Positions 18,488 through 28,345 of a DNA stretch of 64,000 nt are shown one piece after another. A program made the translations under genes and the position numbers. Location of the stretch: IMG/VR virus record IMGVR_UViG_3300032782_000002. One strand, given 5' to 3'. How positions within the stretch are numbered: position 1 is the stretch's first letter; each line of letters starts with the position of its first letter. The DNA is from a virus (taxonomy: Duplodnaviria > Caudoviricetes). The notes beneath the pieces are model-generated. The model was not told the origin of the DNA and ran no database searches. It saw nothing but the letters and a program-made list of their open reading frames with translations.

Positions 18488-19318
18488 CTACTCCTGCTCG
18501 ACGCTGCCGATGAGCGCGAGCACGTCCTCGCGCGGGATGTCGGCGAACTCCAGCCCGGCCAGCTGCGGAGCCTCGCGGCTGAAGTTGCCGAAGCTGAAGT
18601 CGCCACCGCCACCGCTGCTGCCGCCGCGCTTGAACAGCGCGACGGGCTCGAACTCCTCGCTGCGCGTCGCGCGCTTGCGGATCGCGCCCGCACCCACGCC
18701 CGCAACCGTCGCGATGAACGGTCCGATGTACCAGACCGTGATGCCGATGATCCCGAGGATGGCGGCCCACTTGATCGCGTCGGGCCATCCGACCGACGAC
18801 GACGCCGCCGCCGACGCATCGGCCGGCGCACCCGCGGCGCCGCACCCGAAACCGAAGGTGCGGCACATCCACGAGCCCTGCGCGGTCGTCCCGCCACCAC
18901 TCGGCTGCGACGCCGGACCAGGCAGCGGCTGGTAGTTCGCGCACGCCGCATGAACACGCGCCTGCCACGCCGACGCCTGCGACTGGTAGCTCTTGAGCTT
19001 CGAGAGCGCGGTGGCCCAGTTGCGGCCGTAGGTGAACTCGCAGCTCACCGTCGGCGGCGCGTACTGATCGGCGGGCACGCCCGCGATGCAGCTCTGCAGA
19101 TCCTGATCGAAGGTCTGCCATGCGCTGTAGATGCCGTTCCACGCCTGCACGTCCGATGGCGCCATTGCCGCGCAGCCCATGACGGCACCGTTTGTGGCGT
19201 CCATCAGCGCGGAGACCTGGCCTTCGAGATCCTGCACGTCGCCGGCCGCGTTGGCGCCCGTCATCTCGGTTTGACCAGAGGGAGTGATGACGAGCTGGAA
19301 CTGACGAGGCAGGGCCAT
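18488..19318 (-). CDS. Membrane protein (helical, one TM)
   Basis: WAAILGIIGITVWYIG TM segment. Confidence 0.6.
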   Translation of the reverse strand: MALPRQFQLVITPSGQTEMTGANAAGDVQDLEGQVSALMDATNGAVMGCAAMAPSDVQAWNGIYSAWQTFDQDLQSCIAGVPADQYAPPTVSCEFTYGRNWATALSKLKSYQSQASAWQARVHAACANYQPLPGPASQPSGGGTTAQGSWMCRTFGFGCGAAGAPADASAAASSSVGWPDAIKWAAILGIIGITVWYIGPFIATVAGVGAGAIRKRATRSEEFEPVALFKRGGSSGGGGDFSFGNFSREAPQLAGLEFADIPREDVLALIGSVEQE

Positions 19319-19395
19319 GGCTTCGCGTCTCATCCTACAGCTTCCCGCTGCAGGTCACCAGCCCCGACGCAAACCGTATATCAAGTCTAATATGC

Positions 19396-20333
19396 TTATA
19401 TCAACTTCAGATAAGCAACTGTTCGATCTCGATGTGCACTTCGTCGGTGCCCGGCGTGTACGAGCCGCTCGTGGTCGAGACGACGTAGTGGACGCCCTGG
19501 CTGAACGCGCGGGGGTTGATGAAGCGAGTCAGCAGCAGACCCGGGTAGGGGTTGACGCCCAAGGGGTACTCCGCCACCGGCGTCAGGCCCGTCGCGTCGG
19601 GCTTGTTCGTGTCGTAGAGCTGCAGGTAGCGCGTGCCGCCCGCGATGGCCGTCAGGTGTGCCTCGACGGACAGCACGCGCGCCGCGGTGTCGATGAGGGT
19701 GCCCTCGATGGAGTTGTTGGCGGTGATGAATTGTGATGCGACGTACGGCAGGCCGCGGATACCGCGTGCCACCTGCACCTCGACGGTCGCGGGCGACTGC
19801 AGCGCGAGATCCGACGCGACGTACGGCGCGGGCGTCTCGCCCACGGCGAACTCCGTCTCGCCCACGAAGATGATCACCTGAGCGAAGCCCGCAACGACCG
19901 GCACGTCGGCGCGGTAGTCGCAGCGCACGAAGCGCGCCGCGTTGGTGGAGCCGTTGCCGTAGACGACCTTGGCCCAGACGGTGAGCGGCGTGTTGTTGGA
20001 CTTGTCGAGACCCGGCGGGACGTCGACGTCGATGGAGAGCGTGAGCGGCTCGCTCACCTCCAGCTCGACACGAGCCATCTCCTGAGTCCGCCCATCGGGC
20101 AGGAGATCGTTGGTGCCGCGACCCCAGCCCGACTCGGTGTCGGGACGGTGGTGCGGGCGGCGGACGGGCGCGGGCGGCGCGTCCATCGGCGCACCCCAGG
20201 GCACGACGGGTGAGCCCCTCTCCGGCCGACCGGTGGCGGCGAGCGCCGCGGTCGTCGCAGCCTGCACGACCTCGGGGGCCGAGATCGGCTCCGGGCGATG
20301 CACGAGATCGGGACGGCGAAGGTCCTGCGTCAT
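19396..20333 (-). CDS. Beta-rich putative virion protein
   Basis: Alternating hydrophobic strands; ATG overlaps upstream TGA. Confidence 0.55.
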
Positions 20334-20977
20334 TCGGGGGCTCCCTGGCTGCACCCGCAGCCTCCCACATGATGCTCCTGCTCGCTCGGCGGCGCCAGAG
20401 CAGGCACTCCCGCGACGAGCATGGTGGGCTTGGACTTGGCGTCGGTCGGGTCGCCGCACGCGCAGAGCTTGAAGTCGGTCCACTGGCCCGCCTTCAAGGG
20501 CCAGCCCTCTTCCTTGTAGAGGCGCGCGGTGGCGTCGCCCACGTGAGTCGGGGCGGCATCGAGCACGGTGCCCGACGTCGCCTCGGCGCGCAGCTTCGCC
20601 ATGGCCGCCTGTACCGCCTGGACTTGGGGGCCCATCGCCTTCCAGACCAGCTCGTAGCGCTGCCTGTCTCCGGGCTTGGACGGGGCGATGATCGCCGCGG
20701 CGTCCTCGGGAGATCCGAGCGCCGAGCGCATCATCGTGCGCGCGCACCGCGAGCAGATCTCGGGGTGCTCGGCGATGGCGATACCCACCTGCTGGCAGAC
20801 CTGCTCGATTGCCGCACGCACCCGCGTGCCGACCGCCGCGACCAGCTCGGGCGACAGCACACGCGTGGGCAGTGGGCCCACATGCGCGATGGAGCGACCG
20901 AGCGGCGAGTCGTAGCCGACACCGATCCACGACGCGGGGCCGCGCCAGATGACCTGGGGCCGGACTACGACAGCCAA
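20330..20977 (-). CDS. Hypothetical protein with three HVG motifs
   Basis: AHVGP, THVGD, HHVGG. Confidence 0.55.
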   Translation of the reverse strand: MAVVVRPQVIWRGPASWIGVGYDSPLGRSIAHVGPLPTRVLSPELVAAVGTRVRAAIEQVCQQVGIAIAEHPEICSRCARTMMRSALGSPEDAAAIIAPSKPGDRQRYELVWKAMGPQVQAVQAAMAKLRAEATSGTVLDAAPTHVGDATARLYKEEGWPLKAGQWTDFKLCACGDPTDAKSKPTMLVAGVPALAPPSEQEHHVGGCGCSQGAPE

Positions 20978-20986
20978 GAGGACCTC

Positions 20987-22357
20987 CTAGCCGACGTCCT
21001 CCCCGAGCCCCATCACGCCCTCGATGTGCGCGTCGGAGCGGACGTCGAGTCCGCGCTGGCGCAGCGGCGTCGCCCAGGTGTCGGGGATGTTGATCTCGTC
21101 GCCCGCACGCAGCTGGCGCATCACGCCGCCGGGCGCCAGGTGCGGGTTGATGTCGGCCAGGTGCTTGAGCGAGCCCTGCGTGCCGCGCGCGACACCCGAG
21201 CCGATCTCGGTGATCTTGCGCGGCCAGATGTTGTCGGACGGCCGCATGTGGACGAACCAGCCGCCCTTGGGACGGCTCGTGGGCATCGCCGCAGCCGCAG
21301 CCAGCGCCGCCGTCGCTGCGCTTGCCGCCGCACCCGCCATGTCCTTCTTCTTCGTGACGGCCTGACGCTGACGCACGGGGTTGCCCTGCACGTCTTCGCC
21401 GAGGCCCTGCACTTCGTCCTCACCCAGACCCTGCACGACCTCGCCGAGACCCTGGACACCTTCTCCGAGGCCCTGAACGCCCTCGCCCAGCCCCTGGACG
21501 CCCTCGCCCAGACCGCTGACGCGCGTCAGGTTCGCGCCCTTGGCGCCGTAGCGGGTGTCGCCGGGGCCGCCGCCCTCGGACGGGTAGGCCGCGTAGCTGC
21601 CCTGCCCCTGGACGCCCTCGCCGAGACCCGCCGTTGCCGTGCCGCCGCACGCTGCGGGCGCAGGCACCGCGCCGCCGAGCGCCTTGGCCACGGCATCCGC
21701 CGTCGGCTGCTCGTACTTGCCCGTGCCGATGGGCACCACGTTGCTCGGGAACGCGACGTTCCAGACGAGCTTGAAGTTGTGCACCGCCGAGTTCACCGGC
21801 GTGCCGGCGATGCCGACGTTCGTGCAGTAGTGCGGATCGGACGCGATGGCGATGGCGACGGCCTGCGCGGCCTTCTGCACCGCCGCGGGAACCGGGGGCG
21901 GCGCGGGCGCAACAGGCGGCGGCACCGAAGGCGACTGCTGCGCAGCTGTAGCCACGGAAGCCGCGGTCGTCGGTGCCGGGGGCTGGCCGGACTGGCTGGA
22001 CGGCGAAGGCGGCGGCGCCGGGGTGTCGATGACGGCCGACGGCGCCGCCGTCGAGGGCGACGGAGGCGGCGAGCCCTGACTGCCGTTCAGCTCCCAGGCG
22101 CGGTAGTTCAGCTCGTAGGTCGTCCAGGGGTACTTGCCGTACTTGGCGGCCAGCTGCATCAGCGGCGCGGCGCTCGTCGAGGACATGATCGCCGCGATGA
22201 CCGCCTGCTTGTCGGCGTCCGGCAGATCGGCGTCGAGCGTGATCTGGCGCGGCGGAGCGGACGACGAGGCGCCGGGACCCCACTTCTCGTACCAGAGGAA
22301 GCCGCCACCGGCGCCGAGCAGCAGGACAGCGAGCAGGCCAATCGTGATGGGATCCAT
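20987..22357 (-). CDS. Membrane-anchored protein with PG-binding-like and LysM-like domains and GLGEGVQ heptad repeats
   Basis: N-terminal TM; VHNFK...GTGKYEQPTADAV; FVHMRPSD...LADINP...LRAGDEINIP. Confidence 0.6.
   Translation of the reverse strand: MDPITIGLLAVLLLGAGGGFLWYEKWGPGASSSAPPRQITLDADLPDADKQAVIAAIMSSTSAAPLMQLAAKYGKYPWTTYELNYRAWELNGSQGSPPPSPSTAAPSAVIDTPAPPPSPSSQSGQPPAPTTAASVATAAQQSPSVPPPVAPAPPPVPAAVQKAAQAVAIAIASDPHYCTNVGIAGTPVNSAVHNFKLVWNVAFPSNVVPIGTGKYEQPTADAVAKALGGAVPAPAACGGTATAGLGEGVQGQGSYAAYPSEGGGPGDTRYGAKGANLTRVSGLGEGVQGLGEGVQGLGEGVQGLGEVVQGLGEDEVQGLGEDVQGNPVRQRQAVTKKKDMAGAAASAATAALAAAAAMPTSRPKGGWFVHMRPSDNIWPRKITEIGSGVARGTQGSLKHLADINPHLAPGGVMRQLRAGDEINIPDTWATPLRQRGLDVRSDAHIEGVMGLGEDVG
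21384..21514 (-). repeat. Tandem 21-bp coding repeat (GLGE[GVD]VQ, six copies, one with an extra codon; one more near 21605-21628)
   Basis: Directly visible in the translation. Confidence 0.85.
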
Positions 22358-22364
22358 GGTTCTC

Positions 22365-22988
22365 CTAGAAGCCGAGCGCTTCGACTTGGGCGAGGCGCTG
22401 CGAGAGGCACGACACCGCGGCGGGGTTGCTGGCGTACTTCGAGATGAGCGCCCGCAGCGTCTTGGAGTCGGCGGACGTCAGCGCCCACTGGCAGACGGTC
22501 GCCACGTCGCCCGACACCGCCGGCACCGGCACCGGCACGGGGGTCACGAGCGAGGGGCCGACGATCTGGGGGCCGTAGCCGTCGTCCCACCAGCCGGGGC
22601 CCCACCAGCCACCACTCCAGCGACCACCCCAGTTGCGGCCGCCGCCGCCAGGGCCACCGTGACCACCACCGCCATGCCCGCCGCCGCCGTGGCCCGCCAT
22701 CATCATCGGGCGGGCATCGGTCGGAGAGGTCGCGAACGCCCATCCCGGCCAGCCGTAGCCGCCGTAGCCGCCGCGGTGTCCGCGGTGGCCGGTGTGCTCG
22801 CCACCCATCGCCGCGAGCACGGCCTGCTCGGCCATCGGACTCGCGGGCATGGAAGCCTGGTGCGCGATCGTGTTGAGGTGATCCCACACCGCGCCGGTCT
22901 GCGTGACCGGCGGTGGCGGCGCGGAAGCCTTGCGGGACACCCACGCGAGTGTCCCGATCGCACCCCAGAGGATGAGCGGCAGCAGCAT
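22365..22988 (-). CDS. Membrane-anchored Gly/His/Trp-rich protein
   Basis: MLLPLILWGAIGTLAW; GHGGGGHGGGG tract; GGAG RBS. Confidence 0.6.
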   Translation of the reverse strand: MLLPLILWGAIGTLAWVSRKASAPPPPVTQTGAVWDHLNTIAHQASMPASPMAEQAVLAAMGGEHTGHRGHRGGYGGYGWPGWAFATSPTDARPMMMAGHGGGGHGGGGHGGPGGGGRNWGGRWSGGWWGPGWWDDGYGPQIVGPSLVTPVPVPVPAVSGDVATVCQWALTSADSKTLRALISKYASNPAAVSCLSQRLAQVEALGF

Positions 22989-22999
22989 CTGCGTCTCCT

Positions 23000-23860
23000 C
23001 TACTGGCCCTGCGGCTGGACGTTGGCGACCATGGCGCTGTCGAGCGTGCTCGCAGCGAGCCCTGCGAGCGACTGCGCGGCCTGCGCGACGGCGTTCGGAT
23101 CGAGTCCGGGAACGACCGGCATCGAGGGCGGCAGAGGAGCCGCAGCTGCCACCGCGGCAGGCGCCGAGGGCGGAACGGGCGCCGGACCCACTGCGCTCGG
23201 AGCCGTCGCCGGAGCCGGCGCCGCCGCCACGACCGCCGCGGCCGCTCCCGCGTCGGTGCAGGTCAGCACGGTCGCGGTGCCGTCGCCCCAGCGGAACTCG
23301 ACGGAGCCCGGCCCCACGATGGCGAAAGTCGTCGGCGAGAGCACCGACAGCGTCGAGGCCATGCTGACGACCTGGAAGCCCTTGGGGTTGTTGGTCGGAT
23401 CGAAGGGTGTCGCGCCCGTGACGCCGACGAGCGTGCCGGCGGTCACGTTCATGTTTGGCGAGCCCGGAGCGACCTGCATCTGGTTGAGCGACATCTGGCC
23501 GAGGTTGCCGGCCTTCGAGGTGGAGCGGACCGCAGCAGCCGCTGCGATCTGGGCGGCGGTCGGGGGAGCCGGGGGCGTGCCCTTGCTGCCCGAGAGCGTC
23601 CATGCGCGGCACGCCAGGCAGTAGGCCGCCTGCACGTAGCCGCCCTGCACGAGCGAGTCGGCGAGGGCGCGCAGCGCACTGGGGTCCTTCTGCGAGGCCA
23701 CCTGCGCGAGCACGACCTGCTTCATCTGATCGGGCATGTCGGTCTCGATGTCGCACACGACCGGACCGCTGCCCGAGCCACCCCACCACTGATGCGAGCG
23801 GCCGTACAGGAAGACCAGGCCGACAGCGACTGCACCGAGAATCCACTCCATGACGATCAC
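23000..23860 (-). CDS. Membrane-anchored Ala/Pro-rich protein
   Basis: N-terminal TM; D.D[LM]PD..KQ.V...L..LA...RAW.L.G segment shared with 20987-22357. Confidence 0.6.
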   Translation of the reverse strand: MIVMEWILGAVAVGLVFLYGRSHQWWGGSGSGPVVCDIETDMPDQMKQVVLAQVASQKDPSALRALADSLVQGGYVQAAYCLACRAWTLSGSKGTPPAPPTAAQIAAAAAVRSTSKAGNLGQMSLNQMQVAPGSPNMNVTAGTLVGVTGATPFDPTNNPKGFQVVSMASTLSVLSPTTFAIVGPGSVEFRWGDGTATVLTCTDAGAAAAVVAAAPAPATAPSAVGPAPVPPSAPAAVAAAAPLPPSMPVVPGLDPNAVAQAAQSLAGLAASTLDSAMVANVQPQGQ

Positions 23861-23897
23861 CTAATCCTTGGTTTGACGTGCGATTCTACCGCACTCC

Positions 23898-24107
23898 TCA
23901 CGCACGCACGAGACCGTGGTAGACGCCGTTGTGGGCGGGAATCGCGATGCCACGCCATCGCGTCGCGCCTGTCGTCTGCGGCTGGCAACCCGGCGACAGC
24001 GCGCGCCACCCCTCACAGGGCGCCGACAGCGCGTAGCCGATCAGGTTGAGCGCCGTCAGCCCGAGGAGGAACGTCATCCACGGGTGGGCCATCACCCAGG
24101 CTTGCAT
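23898..24107 (-). CDS. Small membrane protein (tandem paralogue)
   Basis: AHPWMTF...TTGA...NGVYHGLVRA*. Confidence 0.65.
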   Translation of the reverse strand: MQAWVMAHPWMTFLLGLTALNLIGYALSAPCEGWRALSPGCQPQTTGATRWRGIAIPAHNGVYHGLVRA

Positions 24108-24328
24108 CAGGCCCTCACCAGCCCGTGGTAGACGCCGTTGCCGTGCGGGAACGCGAGGGCGCCCAATCCCGGGATGGGGATGTGCACGGCACCCGTCGTG
24201 GTCACCGGCGTGCCGCCCAGGCAGTTGCACTTGGGGCAGCTCGGCGAGAGGATCGCGCGCGCGGCGTCGATGATGCCGAGCGCGATGAAGAACGTCATCC
24301 ACGGATGTGCGGCCATCCAGGGGACCAT
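24107..24328 (-). CDS. Small membrane protein (tandem paralogue)
   Basis: AHPWMTF...TTGA...NGVYHGLVRA*. Confidence 0.65.
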   Translation of the reverse strand: MVPWMAAHPWMTFFIALGIIDAARAILSPSCPKCNCLGGTPVTTTGAVHIPIPGLGALAFPHGNGVYHGLVRA

Positions 24329-24341
24329 GGGCAAACCTCGT

Positions 24342-24371
24342 TTGATTGATTCCTGATTAGGAATCAGTCAA
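24342..24371. promoter_or_regulatory. AT box within a 13-bp imperfect inverted repeat
   Basis: TTGATTGATTCCT-GATT-AGGAATCAGTCAA. Confidence 0.6.
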
Positions 24372-24440
24372 TGCCGACTGATCCCTTCGAACGTAGGTTA
24401 CACCGCCGCCGCCGTAGCACAACGGATCAGTGGTGCGGGA

Positions 24441-26048
24441 CTAACTGCGAAGCGCCTGCACGAGACCTACGATGGCGCCAACACCCAAGATCGGCAGCGC
24501 GACGTAGGGCACACCGTACGCGAGCGCGGCGCTCGCACCGATGAGCGTGATCATCCCGACAGGGCTCGGCTTGATGGGCGGCGGGATCTCGCTCTTGGAG
24601 GGCGCGGCGCCCGGATGCAGCGTCAGCCCAGTCGGATGGCTCGTGGGCGACGAGGGTTTGACCTTGATGGGTGGCGGCAGCACCGCATGGGTCGCGAAGT
24701 TCGACGGCACCGGCTTGCCGCCGACCGTCTTGATCGGCAGCAGCACCACTTTCTTGGGGGGCGCTGTTGTTGGCATCATGCCGTACAGGTCGCGGATGGA
24801 CTGCAGCAGCGGCCCGGTATTGAGGTAGAGCGGCACGTCCTGAGCGCGCGGATCGTTCATGATGAAGCGGCGCGCGAAGTCGCCCGTCTTCACCCGCCCC
24901 TGCCAGAACGCGGCGATGTCCTCGACAGGCATCGACGACGTCTTGCCCTGCCAGGTGCTCGTCACGTAGGTCGTCGGTCCCTGCGTATTGAGCTGGATGC
25001 GCGTGCCCGGCTCGTGGGTCGCGTTCCAGCCCCACACCATGTTCTCGATGACGTCGCGCAGGTTGATCTCGCCGGGACCTGCGGGGATCGGCGTGAACTG
25101 GTTTTGACCCGTCTGCTGCGACGCGCTGACGACCGGCCGCGGCCCCTGCGCGTTCATGTACTGCTCCAGCAGCATCATGATCGTGTGGGCCACCGCGTAG
25201 TCGAAGCCGTCCTTCGGGAAGGGCTGCACGAACTTCGCGCCCGGTGTGCCCGCTGGGACAGGCAGCGCGGGTGCGGCTTGCCCGAGAAACGACTTGAGCG
25301 ACGGTGGTGTGCCGACCCACGCGCCACTCAGCACGTAAGGCAGATCGAGAAACTGCCCGGAGACGTAGCCGGTGCCAGGCCCGCTCTGGGTGCACACCCA
25401 GCGGTTGAGACCCTGCGTGCCCATGTCCACGGTCGGCAGATCGTCGGCGCACTGGCCGTCGTTGCTGCCGCCCGCCCCTGCGACGAGCGGGCCGTGCGTC
25501 GTCTTGTTGTCCCACTTGATCCAGCGCGGATCGGGCGTGCCATCAGGCTGCGTCGGCTGCACGGGCGCCTTGTGCTGCCAGACGTCCCAGCCGCCGTACC
25601 ACATCTGCCCGTTGCTCGTGCACGCCTGGCATTCGTCGGCCGCGCCATGCGCCGTGCCGCCAAGCATCTGGACGATGGCCGGCACCGCGTCGAGACCCGC
25701 AGCGGCTGCCGATCCGATGGGGCCGCCGCCCATCGACATCACGGACTCCATGCCGCGGTAGAGCAGCATCGTCGCGGCCGCCGGGTTGTGCTGCGCGAGC
25801 GCCGTGATGCCGTTGACGATCGCGGGGCCCATGGCGCTCGCCAGCTGATCGCCGGTCAGACCCGGCACGGCCAGCAGCTCCTTCTTGACCTCCTCGTACT
25901 TCCTGCCGACCGCCGCCGGCAGCTGCGACACGTCGGCGGCACCGAACGCGTCGAGCACGGGGCTGAGCATCATATCGATCGCGCCGCCCGTCGAGGCGCT
26001 CGCCGAGACGGACTGGCCGACGTGCTGGCGCAGATGAATGTGGCGCAT
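24441..26048 (-). CDS. Large putative virion protein with C-terminal TM pair
   Basis: Starts MRHIHLRQHVGQ; C-terminal SPVG..TL...LA.G.P..AL shared with 26048-27280. Confidence 0.6.
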   Translation of the reverse strand: MRHIHLRQHVGQSVSASASTGGAIDMMLSPVLDAFGAADVSQLPAAVGRKYEEVKKELLAVPGLTGDQLASAMGPAIVNGITALAQHNPAAATMLLYRGMESVMSMGGGPIGSAAAAGLDAVPAIVQMLGGTAHGAADECQACTSNGQMWYGGWDVWQHKAPVQPTQPDGTPDPRWIKWDNKTTHGPLVAGAGGSNDGQCADDLPTVDMGTQGLNRWVCTQSGPGTGYVSGQFLDLPYVLSGAWVGTPPSLKSFLGQAAPALPVPAGTPGAKFVQPFPKDGFDYAVAHTIMMLLEQYMNAQGPRPVVSASQQTGQNQFTPIPAGPGEINLRDVIENMVWGWNATHEPGTRIQLNTQGPTTYVTSTWQGKTSSMPVEDIAAFWQGRVKTGDFARRFIMNDPRAQDVPLYLNTGPLLQSIRDLYGMMPTTAPPKKVVLLPIKTVGGKPVPSNFATHAVLPPPIKVKPSSPTSHPTGLTLHPGAAPSKSEIPPPIKPSPVGMITLIGASAALAYGVPYVALPILGVGAIVGLVQALRS

Positions 26049-27280
26049 CACACGTACCTCAACGTGAGCGCACCCGCGCCGCCTCCGAGGAGCAGCCCGA
26101 GCGCGAGCCACGGCATTCCGATGGCCAGCGCAAAGCCGGTCGCCGCGAGTGTGGTCAGCCCCACGGGACTGGCCGGAGGCGACGCCGGCCGCGCGCTCGG
26201 GCGCAGCAGGGTAGCGGGGCTCATGCCCAGATGGAGCCCCGTAGCGGACGGGTACAGGTGAGGAGAAGCAGGCGGCGGCTTGTTCGGAGCGGCTCCCGCC
26301 GGGATGAGCGAGGCGCCCGCCGGGATGAAGTTCGTCGGGTTGCTCGGCGCAGTCGACGGCGGCGCGTACGGCTGCGGGGCCTTGCGAGCCACGATGACCG
26401 ACACGGTCGTGTTCTTGTTGATCGGCAAGCCAGCTGCGCGCGCGAGCCCGGCGAACGCCGTCGCGATCATGTCCTGCGAGATACCGGCCGCGCCGTAGAC
26501 GTTGCGCGTCACCGTGTACGGCTTGCCGTACTCCCACTGCAGGCCGACCTGCGGACCGGGAGGTCCATTCCAGTTACCCACGGAGTGCGGATGCGCCTTG
26601 TTCCAAGCCGCCACGAACGCGGGCAGGAGCGTGCCCAGGTACTGCTGCCCCCACAGCTTCAAGTCGACGTTCTTCTGAAGCAGGCCGCACGCGACAGGTG
26701 CAGAGATCTGCTTGTTGTACGCGTCGATGAGCACCTGATTGAGCGCGTCCTCGAATTCACCCGCCGAGAAGCACCCCCACGTACCGTCCGGGCACGTGCC
26801 GTACGAGGTCGCTAGCCCGTAGTTCTTGACCGCCGCCTCGTCGTAGGAGTCCAGCGAGCTGCCCGCGACGTTCGGATCGGCGTAGACCGTGTAGAGCGCG
26901 CTCGGGCACGGCCGGGTGTTGGCGATGACGCTCTCGCAACCCGGCACGGTGCACGGCGGCGTCGGGCCGTAGAAGAGCGCCGACATCCCCGCCACGAGTC
27001 CCTCGAAGAGGGCACCCGCGATGGGCGTACCCAGCGTCGAGAGGATGAGCGCGTCGACGTGTGTGGCCGCCGCCCCGTAGTCGCCGTCCTGAATGTCCTG
27101 CGAGATCTGGGCGACCTTGGCCGGGTCGACACCGATGTCGGTGGACGCCGTGTCGAGAACGTACTGCCCGGGATCCTGCCCCTGCGTGAAGAGCTGCTCG
27201 GCCAGCCCCACGCCCGCCGAACCCGCGTCGCCCGTGTGCTGGCGGCGGGTGTGAACGAGGCCGGCGTAGACGCTGGGCAT
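26048..27280 (-). CDS. Putative virion protein with C-terminal TM pair
   Basis: Starts MPSVYAGLVHTRRQHTGD; Cys-containing middle region. Confidence 0.6.
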   Translation of the reverse strand: MPSVYAGLVHTRRQHTGDAGSAGVGLAEQLFTQGQDPGQYVLDTASTDIGVDPAKVAQISQDIQDGDYGAAATHVDALILSTLGTPIAGALFEGLVAGMSALFYGPTPPCTVPGCESVIANTRPCPSALYTVYADPNVAGSSLDSYDEAAVKNYGLATSYGTCPDGTWGCFSAGEFEDALNQVLIDAYNKQISAPVACGLLQKNVDLKLWGQQYLGTLLPAFVAAWNKAHPHSVGNWNGPPGPQVGLQWEYGKPYTVTRNVYGAAGISQDMIATAFAGLARAAGLPINKNTTVSVIVARKAPQPYAPPSTAPSNPTNFIPAGASLIPAGAAPNKPPPASPHLYPSATGLHLGMSPATLLRPSARPASPPASPVGLTTLAATGFALAIGMPWLALGLLLGGGAGALTLRYV

Positions 27281-27292
27281 CGCGGCCCTGCC

Positions 27293-27730
27293 TTACTTCG
27301 CGGCGACGGCGGTCGGCTGCGAGATCGTCGCGGTGAGCTTGAAGATCGCGAGAGGCGACACCGTCGCGCCGGTCTTCCACAGCGCGATCTGCACGGGCAC
27401 CGACGCCGCCGGCATGGCCGGATCGGGCGTGAAGGTCGCGCTCATCGCCGTGCTCGTCGTCTTCTTGAGCCCTGGGCCTGCGCTGAACCCCCACGAGTAG
27501 CCGGCCGGCGGCGCGTACGTGTTGATCACCAGCGAGTCGTTCGGGCCGAGACCGAACTGGCCTAGATCACCCTGGATGGTGGTCTGGTCGATGTTGATCG
27601 TCGTGATCCCGACGCCATTGGCGAACGAGCTGGCCAGGTTGTTCCCGAGAGCCTTGGCGGCACCGACGACACGCTCGTACGCCAGGTACCCAAGGACACC
27701 CACAACCGCAAAGCCGATGAGCCAGGGCAT
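27293..27730 (-). CDS. Membrane-anchored beta-domain protein
   Basis: N-terminal TM; GAGG RBS. Confidence 0.6.
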   Translation of the reverse strand: MPWLIGFAVVGVLGYLAYERVVGAAKALGNNLASSFANGVGITTINIDQTTIQGDLGQFGLGPNDSLVINTYAPPAGYSWGFSAGPGLKKTTSTAMSATFTPDPAMPAASVPVQIALWKTGATVSPLAIFKLTATISQPTAVAAK

Positions 27731-27763
27731 TGGCAGCTACCTCTGCCCTGGAACGTACCGCGA

Positions 27764-28333
27764 TTACGGACGACGGACCAGACCCGCGTACACGCCGTTG
27801 CCGGACGGGGGCATTCGCTTGGGCAGGTCGCGCGCCAGCTGGGCGCCGACGTGCACCGCGTGACGGATGACCGCCCCGGCGGACTGCTGGGTGGCCTTGC
27901 GCCAGACGCGCACGCCATCGAGGTTGAACGTTTGCGGCTGGGCATCCGGCGGCAGGGTCGCCTCGACACGCAGCGCGTCGCCGGTGTCGGGCCAGTCGTT
28001 CGGGAACGCCTCGCCGGGCTTGTAGATGGTGACGTTGGTGAAGCCGGCAGAGGCCAGGTGGCTGGGGATCATCGCCATCACCATGAAGTTCTGGGGCGGC
28101 GCGCTCGCACGGTAGTCGGCGCCCGGCGCGAGCTGCTGGCCCTCGGGGATCTCCTGCCAGGAGACGGTCGGGGAAGCCGGGGCCGGAGATGGAGTCGGGT
28201 CCGACGGCTGCGGATCGGACGGCAGCGCATCGAGGTCGACCACGTTCTGGGGAGCCGGGGGCGGCGCAGCGTCGGCGGTGTAGTGCCGGTACAGCAAGTA
28301 GAGCGCCACGCCCGCGATGACGAACGGAACCAT
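27764..28333 (-). CDS. Membrane-anchored protein
   Basis: N-terminal TM; ends AVHVGA...GNGVYAGLVRRP*. Confidence 0.6.
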   Translation of the reverse strand: MVPFVIAGVALYLLYRHYTADAAPPPAPQNVVDLDALPSDPQPSDPTPSPAPASPTVSWQEIPEGQQLAPGADYRASAPPQNFMVMAMIPSHLASAGFTNVTIYKPGEAFPNDWPDTGDALRVEATLPPDAQPQTFNLDGVRVWRKATQQSAGAVIRHAVHVGAQLARDLPKRMPPSGNGVYAGLVRRP

Positions 28334-28345
28334 ATCAGCCCTATA

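Noticed and set aside
23898-24328. Possible DGR template/variable repeat pair
   Set aside because: No reverse transcriptase in the window and differences are not adenine-specific
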